Notes under the pieces: model-generated
What the model was told of the DNA's origin: nothing
Seen by the model: only the letters and a program-made list of their open reading frames with translations
The model's database searches: none
Translations under genes and position numbers: made by a program
DNA from: Balanoglossus misakiensis
Lineage: Eukaryota; Animalia; Hemichordata
Length of the DNA: 64,000 bases
NCBI GenBank assembly: GCA_040954595.2
Contig: CM082579.2
Span: 3,154,345 to 3,218,344 of the forward strand
Reading direction: 5' to 3'
Shown here: positions 52,286-64,000 of the stretch, piece by piece
Numbering within the stretch: the stretch's first letter is position 1
Layout of the letters: every line of letters begins with the position of its first letter

Positions 52286-53804
52286 TCACACAATGCATTT
52301 ACACAGAGTGAAAAAGAATCCCCGGCCTCTCTGACAAGACGGCACAGAACAATCCATTCTCTGTACACACCTGAAAGGAATAAAAATATATAGACCAGTT
52401 ATAAAAAGGGTTACTTTTGGACGCGTATATAGGACAGCTAGCTTCATACGGGCTCGTATGCTCGCTCGCATGTAACAAATGTCTCAAAACATTAGATAAA
52501 TATAGACTTTATACCTGCATGCGTCAGGGGTGAGTGTGGAGCGCCCTCTCTTGACTCTGCCACATTCTTTATTCGACTTCACACAGAAACAATTGCACGA
52601 CTCGGGGTCCTGCACGTACGGCTGTGGACACGGTCGTCGGCAATCGCACCGACAAGACGACTTGTTCCATATCTTGCCCTCTGGACAGCTTTGCAATCCA
52701 CCGACAGCCCCACATCCAGTGTTGCCATGGTCACGGTCACAGGTGGGCTCTCTTGCATGGGCATGCGCGTCGCCGGTTTGCTGAGCGATTTCCAAGCACT
52801 CACACTGCGTGAATACTTCCAAGTCTCGTTTGTCGATGTATTCCTCGTGCGTGTTTATGTTGAGAACCAAGAACTGAATTTAAAACAAATGAAAATTCTC
52901 ACTAGCGTCAACAAAGTTGTGAAATCCCTCCTCTCGGACAGAATAGGAGGCACGTGACAAAATCTTCCGAATTATTTCTGAAGCGCAACTACTGTATATC
53001 ATATGCGACTGTTTTGGGTGTAACGTTCAAATGCCCACAACTAACCATGCACCCACCTACCGTTTTTGGGAGATAGACTTGACTTCCATCTTTTCCAATG
53101 CAACCAAACCCCTCAGGACAACAGCCTGCGTCGTGACACCGAGGTATGGTCACACAAGGGGGCCACACATGAACACCTATCCGCCTCTGTATACACAGCA
53201 GGTCGTAAGCATCGACATTTTGATTGACAGGTGTGCTACACTGCACAGTGTTTTCTTCCTGGAGTTTCATGGCATCAATATCCGATTGAGTAGCTGGAAA
53301 TCAAAGGAGCGGACATAATATCCCTTTTATTCCCAACGAGTCTTAAGTTGAGGTTTGACAAATACCACCGTTGATGGAGAAAATGATTGGAACACATCTT
53401 AAACATTAAATGTATGTTGAAATTTGTTCACAATCGCCTAGCTGATTGACAGTCGAACGGAAGCCCTCCAACCCCAACCCGCCACCGTGACTTCGACAAG
53501 AGCGTGGAACCAAAACGTACCTGGACGAATAATCGTTTTTCTGTTGCTCGCTTCCAGTGCTTCCCCTCCCCTTTCCTGATGAGGGGAATATTTCTTCCAG
53601 GATTCCCGGACAACGAGCGTCTTCCACATGCCCGTTTGATCCAGGACATGAAGCACCTCCTCCGTGCTTTCGGCTTTGCCAACTCTCTCCAACATTTCAG
53701 GAGTCCACTGGAGCCGAAATAATTGAAAGGGATTTTCTTTTCATTCCCTCTGAGATTGTGCAGAGCATGCTGATGCCATTCGTCAATTCAGACATGGATG
53801 TGAG

Positions 53805-53881
<77 letters not shown>

Positions 53882-54076
53882 GGATTATGACTTGAGAAAT
53901 TGCTCAGGGAGATGGATTTGATAATGAAGTTAGGCCTATACAATGAAAGTCAAACGTACCTGGATACGTCTGTATCGTGCAGAGTGGCCGGTCTGTAGAA
54001 ATGATGTAAGTGGAGTATCCATGGCGACACCAGCGTTAAAATGATACAGAATCAGAATAGCAGAGAGAAGAGCCAT
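52286..54076 (-). CDS. PDGF/VEGF-related growth factor (PVF/VEGF-C-like) with C-terminal CXCXC repeats; 5 exons
   Basis: Signal peptide MALLSAILILYHFNAGVA; cystine knot C...VWPPCVTIPRCHDAGCC...C...|...QCEC; tail CPEGKIWNKSSCRCDC...CPQPYVQDPESCNCFC. Confidence 0.88.
53809..53877. repeat. (CT)n microsatellite in PVF intron 1
   Basis: Direct inspection. Confidence 0.96.
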
Positions 54077-55096
54077 GACTACCTTCCTGTATCCCAACAC
54101 TTTGGAGAAACTTGATGACACCTTCAAACCTATCTCACAAACCGCAGTGAAGAATTACACCCCGAGGATTGCAACGATTGTATTTAACAGCGAAACTGTG
54201 CGCATATGCGAGGTCTTTAATTCCCGTGTATCATGATCTCTAAAAGTCGAGATCTATCTATAGACGCAGCCACGGGACAGTCACGTTTGTGTAACGTCAG
54301 CGAAGTTTTCTTTTCAACGGAAATATCGAAATCGCAAGTTAAAAGGTTTGATGACAACCATATAAATGCAGACAGACAGAGATATAAATCGCCGGTCAGA
54401 CAGGACGGTGGTCAGACAGACAGAGGTAGCACAAATAGGCGAATATGTAGGTAGGTAGGTAGGGTTTTTCCTCTGAAAGTCTTTCAGCAAGATTACATTA
54501 GGCAATTCTGTTGCAAAGTCTCTGGTGATAATAAAATGATTTCCCTTATTGGAGGAAGGTGATTCTGGACATGTGACCGACGGAGGCACAGGATGTTAAT
54601 TGAAATCAGAGAGTGCATGTGACATACATATTTTATAATAGCCCTATAATCTCCGAGTTCCTAGCAACCTTTGGGGTGGGGGGATCTTAACAAAAGACAG
54701 CACATTAGCTCAACTATAGTCTCCCACTAATTTCTGTTTTCGGGGAGCATCAGAATGTTTGGACAAGAGACCTTAGTACGTGAAGATGCGCAACACGTAG
54801 TTTTGATGCAAAATGGCACAAACACGACACAACAAATAAGTACAATACAGATATATTTATTTTTATCAAAGTTGATTTGACAATTCTCAGAGTCACATGA
54901 AAAGTACAAGTTACATCTTTCCAACACTTGTTCTTATGATTAGACAGGAGTGAACATTCTTGACTATTGTAGTGTAAATTTTACATGCTGATGTGTTGAG
55001 ATCACTCTCTTTTTCTGAATTGAAGACATCATTTGAATCACTAAAGAAGTGTGCATATTAGTGACTGATGAAGAAGCTGGCATCTCCCTGAGTCAA

Positions 55097-56373
55097 TTAA
55101 CCAGTTCTTGGAGTTTTTGCGACTTTGCCGTCTGCAGTGACGAAAATACGAACTCGGTCCTCCACGAAATCCATGGAAACCATAGAGTCCTCTGGAACTA
55201 TTTGGACCTGTAAAGGAAGAAGAACGTTTCTAGATGACATCTGGCGAATTTCATATTCACAGCTATTACAATCACATCAATATAATTAGCAGCAGCCTCC
55301 TTCAGCTTGTAAGTTACTGGGGCGCTACATGGTCTGGCTGCACTGTACATTACTGGTTTTTGAAGTCAGTTTAACCCTTTCACCACCACGGTTCAGCCCA
55401 GACCCATTGATTTCTGTGGGAATGTTTGGACCTCTAAGGAGGGAACTTGGGGTGAAAGGGTTAATGCAATTTCTGCATCATATCTATGCGAAGAAACTGA
55501 AGTGACGGTCATCAGAGCAATGCACTGATGACAATCTTTGTTAGACTCACCTTCACATTTGGACAGTCTTCTTGTATCTTAGCTTGTGCCTCTTCTTTGG
55601 TCTAGTAAAAATTAAAAAAAAAAAAAACCCACACTATTAATATATGACATAACCAACGCATGGTGAATTATTAACACTGCGTATTAAACATCACTGGGCA
55701 ATTTTCACAGGATCACATGATTTTTACTTCATCCAGTTCAGATATTGTTTCAACAAAGACAGTGCCTTGATTTACTGCTTAAAACACTGAACCAAACCCA
55801 GGACAGGACTGACTGTGGGGCATATTGGTTGATCTTTTAACAAACAAGTTCATGATAGGTAATCCAATGAAGACATGTGACATGTAATCATTAACATGGT
55901 GGCAAACAAGAAGAAGGAAATGGAAAATTTAATCTTAAATAAACTGTTGGTCAAATAGGGAAGGTAGGCTTCTTCTTCCTGATATTTAACATTGTAATAT
56001 AAAAATCTAAAAATTAAAACTCTAAATATAAAACATGACATACATGTATTAAATTATATTAAAATGTTCCTAGTGCTGCAGTATCTACAAATATTCTGTC
56101 GGTGTATAGTGTCCCCAGTTACTGCAAACACAATTAAAATGCACGTGTAATCGACATGTGGGTCTCTATGGTGGCTCCTCATATATTATATGGTATAAAA
56201 CTGTGAGGTAGCTCCATGCTCCATTATCCATATGATACATACGACTGCCACAGTGTGTCAATATTGTTGACGTTGCCATAGCACCGAACGTTATCACCAA
56301 ACAAAATCTCTCCATACATTCCACGAACTGGCTTTAAACCTACCTTTCCCACGAGGTCAGGCCAGTCTCTCAT
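55097..56373 (-). CDS. Potato inhibitor I family (I13, eglin-like) serine protease inhibitor, 63 aa; exons 56373-56344, 55601-55551, 55207-55097
   Basis: MRDWPDLVGK|TKEEAQAKIQEDCPNVK|VQIVPEDSMVSMDFVEDRVRIFVTADGKVAKTPRTG* matches the family signature WPELVG...VTMDF...RVR...P.G; phase-0 GT-AG introns. Confidence 0.92.
55371..55464. mobile_element. Tiny piggyBac-type MITE in intron 2 of the inhibitor gene
   Basis: TTAA-CCCTTTCACC ... GGTGAAAGGG-TTAA: perfect terminal inverted repeats starting CCC and flanked by TTAA target-site duplications. Confidence 0.75.
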
Positions 56374-58002
56374 GATTTCAGGTTTTCGGTTTCTGTGCTT
56401 GTATTCGTAAGTTGCCTGTGCAGCAGTTTTGCAGCTGTCGATCGGGGAGATCTTGATCTAAACTTCACTGGGCGTGACCGGCCGCTTGAAAGTTCGTAAC
56501 CTTTGACCTGGGTGAAAGACGCCCTCTTGAGGCAGGATTTGTCTATATCATGTAAATTTTCAGGTAAAATTTGTACATGCAAGTTCTTAATAATGCTATC
56601 CTTTGTGAATAACTTACGTTAATTCATTCTATAGTCAATTAACATCAATATTTTAAATATTACATCCATTTTCTCTCTGAGATATATGACAATGAACATT
56701 TCTTGCGCTCTTGTTATATGTTACAAAGTTCCAACTTTGCCACCCGAAATTTGCAAGTTCACCGCAGTATTTTATTTGTAAATCCCCAGAGCCCATTGTC
56801 GTTCATATCTTACATCTCTTGTTGCAAACATCTAGCACCGTTTGTTAAAGTTCAATATTAGGCATACTTTTGACTATATTTTCAGCATGGGTTTGTTTTG
56901 AGCAACTTTTTCTCACAGGTTTTCATCTTATGTTTGTAATTTTTTTTTCTCTATTCCAATATGATGCAAGGCCCCAGATCAATATACTAATAAATATATC
57001 TTAAACTACCCTATGCGCTTATAGTTTCACTCCAACTTTTTATTGATATTGTTTACGAATTTGATCTTGTTTGAAGAAAATGACGTTGTAACTTTTACGC
57101 GTCAATATCTCGGGGAGGCGAGGGGGCTTTATCCTGTCAATTGGTGGCGCAATTTGCATCTTTATCGGGACGTACCGCACACATGTACATTTTCAGGAGT
57201 CAACGATTGTTTCAGGGATTCCCACGTTAGTGATCAGGTGTTTGTAACTTCGTATGCATTTCTTAGTTAGTTTTGTCTTACTACACGTTGTCACCAGGTC
57301 TTCGGAAGCCACGACATGCGACAGGGCTACAACTCATGCCGCCTGGATGATGGTCGTCCGCAACAATTGACAATCCTCCGTTACTTGGTTGTGTTGACCG
57401 CGCGCTGTAGGTAATGATCAAACGAGATAAATAATTGGCCAGATGACATGACATCCCCACGGAAATGTAGGTAAAAACAGCTGAAGATTTGTGACTGTCG
57501 CTATTTGTATAGTCAGTTTTGGTCATTACTACTGAAGTCAAGAAAACACAAAGACCGCGTGCTTGTGACGTTTCTGTCGCCAAACGATTTCGTTTGATAT
57601 CGGTTGGCATTTTATTCGTCGGATACGATGGTAAATACGCGATTTTAATCTGACCTGACTGAAAATAGACTAACAGTTGGACTGTATCGCTGTCGTCTGA
57701 CCTTTCAAGACCCCACGGACGCAAGGTATGTTTTGGACATTGGTGAATTTATCTCGTAAATAACATAATTTTACAACCCGGGATTTTACACCACGATATA
57801 TAATATCATAAATTTGGGTTTGTACAGTCAACTATGCGGGAGCCGTAACTGTGGTCATGTATATACCGTATAGGCGCAGTTTGTGGACAATAATGAATAT
57901 GTTTAATATTTTAAGGAAACTGACCATATAAATAAGCTTTATCAAAGAGGGACGAGAATTTCAGCCTTTTCTTCTAATGAAAATATTTGTTGTTTCACAG
58001 TG

Positions 58003-61000
58003 ATGGCACCAATTGTAGCCAGAAATAATGTAGAATCAACAACTCAAGGTAAATTCAGTTTTTTTGTTCTTAAAAAGTAGATTTTTACCACCACCACCAC
58101 CACCACCACCACCACTACCACCACCTCCATCATCGCCGTTGTCGTCCTCCTCCTCCTCCTCCTCCTCATCATCATCATCATCATCATCAGGTGTTTGGGC
58201 TTATATCTTATGAATTCATTGTATGGAAATTAATATTAATTATTTTTTTTGTTTAGAAGATCCCACAGGAAATGGGATTGAAACAACAGGATTGATTATA
58301 ATAATCGGTGCAGGTGCAGTAATCTTGGTGATAGCTGCTGTTGTTCTCCTTGTTTACTGCAGAAAGGTAAGCTTTCCATTAACTTTGCTCTGATGTGATC
58401 TTTGAACTTGTGTCACCTCACCTGTCAGTCAAAGGATTGTGAATCATCAGTTTTGTGTGGGTGCATGTTGTTCACTCCTCCAGTAATTGATGATCAGAGA
58501 TGTCACAGCCATGTAGGCACTTGTTGGAATGTAGTGATATAAGAATGGGGTCATTTTGAGCGTTGTTTTCTCCAGGGTCAAAGATCTGCAGACAATACAG
58601 GATACAGAGATAATGCTTTGTAATGATTAATCAAAGATAACAAGAACAATGCCTGATGATCTTGTAACCTAATGAGGACACTGAAAACATTACTTTGTGG
58701 CTCTTGTTCAATTCAGCGGAGGAGGTCATCAAACTCCACGGATATAGCAGAGCTAAGCGATGGAGATGCCGGCAAAGAAGAGAAGGAAAAACATAAGAAA
58801 AAGAAACACAAGGATAAGAAAAAGAAAAAGAAGAAAGATAAAAAAGAAGATGATGAAAAACAGCATTTTATGTTTTCGCCACTAAAAAGAAAGTAAGTTA
58901 TGCATTTTTGATACTCATGGGTTATTTTCATGAAGAATAGTTATGTACTGCCCAATTTGCTGCCAGATTTCACACATTGTTTCCCACAATAAAATACTTC
59001 AAATTTTCACCCTATCCTTTAGAATCATTGCTTGTATTTGAATTGAGTTTGTCATCTCTTGGCGATGCATACTGTGATAGTTGTGTACTCTTTGTATGGA
59101 GGCCGATTTAACAGGTGCAGCACCCGTTTAAAGCACTTCTGAGTTCAAATTGCACCATACACTGTCACATCGTCTTTATATGGCACTGTACAGGTGCAGA
59201 GCGAGGTACAGCTACCTTGGTCCATCGTCAACGCACTTGGCATTGAAGACAGGTGACATTGTGACAGTGGTAGAGGAGGACAACTATGGACTGTGCAGAG
59301 GGGTCATAGGTGACAGAGAAGGCTGGTTTCCCATTAACTATGTGGAAGAGTATAGAGGTTAGTTGGGACTTTGATTGTGGAAAAAACAAAATGAAAAGTC
59401 ATATACATACAAATATAAACTTTGGTGATCAAGATAATCATCATTTACTGCAGTGTGAAAATCTGAAATGTAATTTTTTTTCTTGATTGTTTTAAATATA
59501 CAGAGCCAGAAACGTATACAAATGAAGCTTTCCAGGATGATGAGACAGGGATGGTTATCAGAACAGGTGAAGAACTGCCCATTGCAGAATACGATGAAGT
59601 CCAGGTCACAACATTTAAAGAAGACCAAGATCCGGAAACTGCTGAGGAAAAGGAGGAAAAAACAGAAAGCGATCACACCAAAGGAACAACAGCTTCAGAA
59701 AATGTGAAGACAACTGTGGTAGTGGTTCATGCCCAGATTGAAAGCAAAGCTGCAAGCTCCCCCGGGAAGGTTGATGTAAGTGCAAATGATGACTCAGAAC
59801 TCAAGTCAGCCAATCAGAAAGCAGAGGAAAATGCTGCTGATAAATATGTTGAGGAGGTTAAGGGTTCAGTTGAAAGAGCAGATGAGGAAGAAGGGAAGGA
59901 TGATGATTCTGTGAGGGAGAGAAGTTCTAGTGTGAAGAAGAAAGTGCGAAAACAGATAAGATTCTGTGAGACAGTCGCGGAAATTCCGAGAAATAGCATG
60001 ACCGAAGATGACCACTCTGCAAAGACTGATGTGACGTCAGAAAGGGCAAAAAACGAAATTGACAAAGTTGAGTCGGAAGGTCACAGGGATATTGTTCCTG
60101 ACGGCACTGAAGATGATCTAAATGGAGGGAAGTCTCTGTCCAAAAATAATGAACAAAATGTAACAATGACTGCCATTGTGATGCACGATACAGAAAAGAA
60201 GGAAAAAGAAGTGAAGCCAGCCATTGGCCCGGAGACTGCTGAAAAGAAAACTCATGGACAATCGGAAAGTGCTCATCACGCAAAAGTGAATGAAGTTGAA
60301 GGTGGTGGTAATAGAAGTCTTGATCAGACAGTTCCGTCTCCTAAAACAGTTGTGGTGGTAAAGCAAACACCCGAAGTTGCCAAAGTCATGCCTAAACCAG
60401 CAGCACCATCAAAAGCTACGGACTCTACCATGAAACAGGAGGTTACATCAGTGCAGAAATCTGTCCAACATGAAACTCCACCAGTCCCAATACATGTATC
60501 TGTCAAACCTGAAACTACAGCAGTGCAGAAATCTGTCCAACATGAAACGACATCAGTGCAGAAATCCAGAACACAGCATGCTGGCGTGAAGCAGTCTCAT
60601 AAGCATGAACCGGCCCAGGAAAAGTTTTCCGATCACCTGAAAGAGTTAGCAGCCCTACTCAAAAAGGAAAGAATACGCGCAGATTTGGATCAGGACACTG
60701 ATGATGAAACCGAGGGAGACCCAACAGAAGAACATGAAAATGAAACAACACCTGTGTCAATCAGCACATCGCCCAATCAGTATGAGGACAATTTGATGAG
60801 ATCTGCGGGAAATAAAAAGAGGAAGGCACCTGCCCCTCCTCCTCCAGCTCTCACCGCAGCCATCACCAAAGAAACAGTCGCTGGGAAACAAGAAACAGAC
60901 ATTAAAGATAAACCACCCATCCAGACAGAAGAGCCTGTTTCCTTGGCACCTGCAACTGTCCATAAGGAGACTGTTGCTAGGAAACAAACATCTGAAGCAA

Positions 61001-64000
61001 GTGATGAAACTGTTGTTCAAAAGAAAGAGCCAGTTTCCTCATCAGCCTTGACTGTCAACAAGAAGGCGGTTGCTAGGAAACAAGAAACAGAGGCAATATA
61101 TGAAGTGTATATCCAAAATGATGAACCTGTCGCACAACCAGTCTCTTTTGCTAAGCCAGGTGAGATAAATAAAGTAGTTGCCCGAATTGGGATAATGAAG
61201 ATTCTATTTCTTTTATTCTACTCACTGAAACATACCTGGTTTGACCCATCTTACATTTCTATTCCAGCGTGGACAGAGCAAGCGAAGAGGACAGGAACAC
61301 GTGGCTATGAGAATGTACCACCCCACTCATCGTACGTCCAACAGAAAACATACAGGGCCATCTACAACTTCAGTGGGAAAGGCGGCGGGGAACTGAGCGT
61401 GGAAGTCAATGATCTGCTGATCGTTCTGGAAAGAGATCCCCTTGGCTGGGTGAAGGGAAGACTGGAAAAGAATGGGGAAACAGGGTGGCTTCCGGAGGCC
61501 TACATTGAGGAATGGATGTGGGAACAGGTGAGGATTCCTATACCTCATTCAATAACATGTCCGATATTTGTCTCATTCATTTTCATGTCCAAGCATCTTC
61601 TGTGCCAATGTATAACATTACCACTGTTTCTAAGTGGTCACCTAGCCACTTAGAAACAAACTGATTAATTGTCTTACTCCAACTGAAAATTACTTGGCTT
61701 CACCCTTCAGGTTGAAGATAAAATATGTGAAGGATTCTACCACAATGACTTTGAGGAAGAAGGTGTTGGTAAGTACAGAATTCTCACAATCATTAGAATG
61801 TAGAATATACAATGTATGACACAGAACAAAAATTGTACAGTAGCTAGTCTACGCGGCCTTCCAGAGTGTTCTGAATAATTGACCCAGTGACAAGGGATTT
61901 AAATACACAGTAACACAAAAATGTGCAAATAAGAACCACACATCAGAATACGCCATCACAATCAATTTTGTGCATTATTTGCAACTTAAACGTATACTGT
62001 GAGACAGTTTGTATTAGATACATAAATTTCAAACAAATCGAATTTACCATATACATGTATTTTGGAGCTATGTCACTTGATCTTAGGTAACTAGCAAACT
62101 AGAGCAAGTCTGGCAATCAAATAAATCATTAGAGTCCAAATAAACAAAACCTAAGAATATCAAGTGATCTAATGATGATTTAGTGGTATTCAAATTCAGG
62201 TACTATCATACAGTACTCAAGCATACAGGTAATGCTGACACAGAAGCTAGAATCTATACTTTATCTATGTCATCTCAGGTTACTGTGTTACCGGGTAGTG
62301 TTTGGATATGATGCACTTGTTTGCACAGAATGTATATGTACATGTATTGGTATGGTCAGTCCAGTTAGTGTCTCCAGTTATGTATGTACTGAGTACATTT
62401 TAATGCAATTAAAGTTCATTTGTATTCAGTTATGAAAAGTGTAATTAAATTAGCATTGTTTATTTGTTGCAATGGATGATACAAGTGACCAACCGCACAC
62501 CCATAATTTTATCCACAGAATACAAAGCTATCCACAGTTACCGTGGTAACAGTGATATTGAGCTGACCTTCAATGTTGGTGAATCCATATTTGTGTTGGA
62601 GGAATGTGACAATGGATGGTGGCGTGGTATCCATGACAATGTGCAAGGATGGTTTCCTGGTTCTCATGTTGAGGTCTGTTCATGATTATGACCGCCGAAG
62701 TTAATTAGCGTTTTAATAGTCAATTTGACAAGCAGTGCATTTGTTATTTAATGTTACAAATTCATGTTAATGTAGACAATTGACAGACCAACTCTTGGTG
62801 TACTTCAAAGTCAGATATATACCGGTACTAACATACAAAAATATGATTGTCCTCATTCTACCCCAGTTATGTGAGAACAGTGATGGTCTGTCTGATGCGA
62901 CAAGCTTTGAGAGTGACTGGTTCTTCACGCCTCAGTCGACACCTTCAGAACTGAGACCAGAAAACTTCCAGTGGGATGGCGTAATTCCCTCCATCGATGC
63001 CAATAAAGGAAATTATGGAGGGTTTGAAATTATACCACAGCTATATGAAGCCATGAAAGCAAGAGGTAACAGATTATCAGAAATTTTGTGCAATCTATTG
63101 AATGTTTCTATTGTGTGCAGGTGTAAAAAGAGGTGAGAATTACAACTATGAAAACAGAAGAATTGGTCTAAAATGTTCATTGACGCTTTTGGCCATCTGT
63201 TTCAAGCTGTAGGTACTCCAAAAGCCAAACCCAAGAGAAGAGCTCCCCAGCCACCAGTCGATCAAACTCGAGCCAGACCGATATCCGCAGATCAGATGAG
63301 CCTACAAAGCTTCAGCAGTGAGAGCCAAGTGACGCCGCGACAGCCCGTACCAAGACCGAACAACGCCGCAATACGATTGGTTGAGAGACAGCATGCTAAT
63401 GTGCAGCTGAAAGAAAGCGAGATGCAGACCGACGCCCATGTGGGCGTGGACAGTGAGACCCCCACTCCAGGCCAGCAGCAGCAGAAGCCACATTCCAGAC
63501 CCAAGTTTGTGAAAATTCCGACCAAAGCTGTCCGGCGAGGCGCGGCGTCTAGGTACCACGAGGCGCCGTCCAGGCCAACACCGCCCCCACCGGAGGCTAT
63601 CCAGAAATATCAAAAGTCTCATTTGGACAAGCATGAAGAAGAAACACTCGGGAGAAATCAGAATGAAGCAGATGCCTCCGGCCAGAGCAGGGATGAACAA
63701 GCGGCGTATAAAAGAAGCAAACCAAAACCCAAACCGAGAAAAAGAACTTTGGAAGGCGGTGATTTGACATTGCCGAGCAGCTCTGCTAACACCAGCGCGT
63801 CAAGTGACCGCTCTCATATATACAGTCTCATTGATGAAAATGAGCACTCGTACCCCATGGTCACCAGCACCCCCAAAGGGAAAACATCCAACTACGAGAA
63901 CTGGCTAGAGCTCACAGATACTAAACCATATCATTTACCAGGACAGAACCAGTACCATGGTTCCTCAATGTCCAATAGGAATAACACTACTGGCAGCACG
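58003..64000 (+). CDS. Single-pass membrane protein with at least three SH3 domains, acidic low-complexity region and Pro-rich tail (3' incomplete)
   Basis: ATG 58003; TM exon about 58257-58346 (GLIIIIGAGAVILVIAAVVLLVYCRK); Lys-rich exon 58716-58891; SH3-1 about 59194-59357 (GWFPINYVE), SH3-2 about 61350-61510 (GWLPEAYIE), SH3-3 about 62520-62673 (GWFPGSHVE). Confidence 0.8.
58088..58188. repeat. Compound (ACC)n/(TCC)n/(TCA)n microsatellite, intronic
   Basis: Direct inspection. Confidence 0.9.

Overview
Gene-dense, intron-containing animal genomic DNA, most likely from a marine invertebrate (species cannot be determined from the sequence). It is not prokaryotic; no CRISPR array, rRNA or convincing tRNA was seen. 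Genes assembled by hand across splice sites, in order: TMEM144 (5' part, -), eIF5B (+), RPS3 (-), a GH31 alpha-glucosidase with five N-terminal trefoil domains (-), RNF121/175 with two U12-type introns (+), a CMAS/coclaurine-N-methyltransferase-like SAM enzyme (-), neurochondrin (+), an unexplained small spliced unit with a 30-aa hydrophobic ORF (-), a secreted protein resembling a stand-alone FRAS1/FREM2 C-terminal domain (+), two tandem PAN-EGF-sushi-F5/8C paralogs (+), an orphan class A GPCR (-), a PDGF/VEGF-family ligand (-), a 63-aa potato inhibitor I protease inhibitor absent from the ORF track (-), and a single-pass membrane protein with at least three SH3 domains (+, runs off the window). 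The strongest novelty leads are the stand-alone FRAS1/FREM-C-like protein, the membrane SH3 adaptor, the exon-confined homogenisation of the tandem paralogs, and the micropeptide unit. Family assignments rest on motif recognition from memory; no database search was run.
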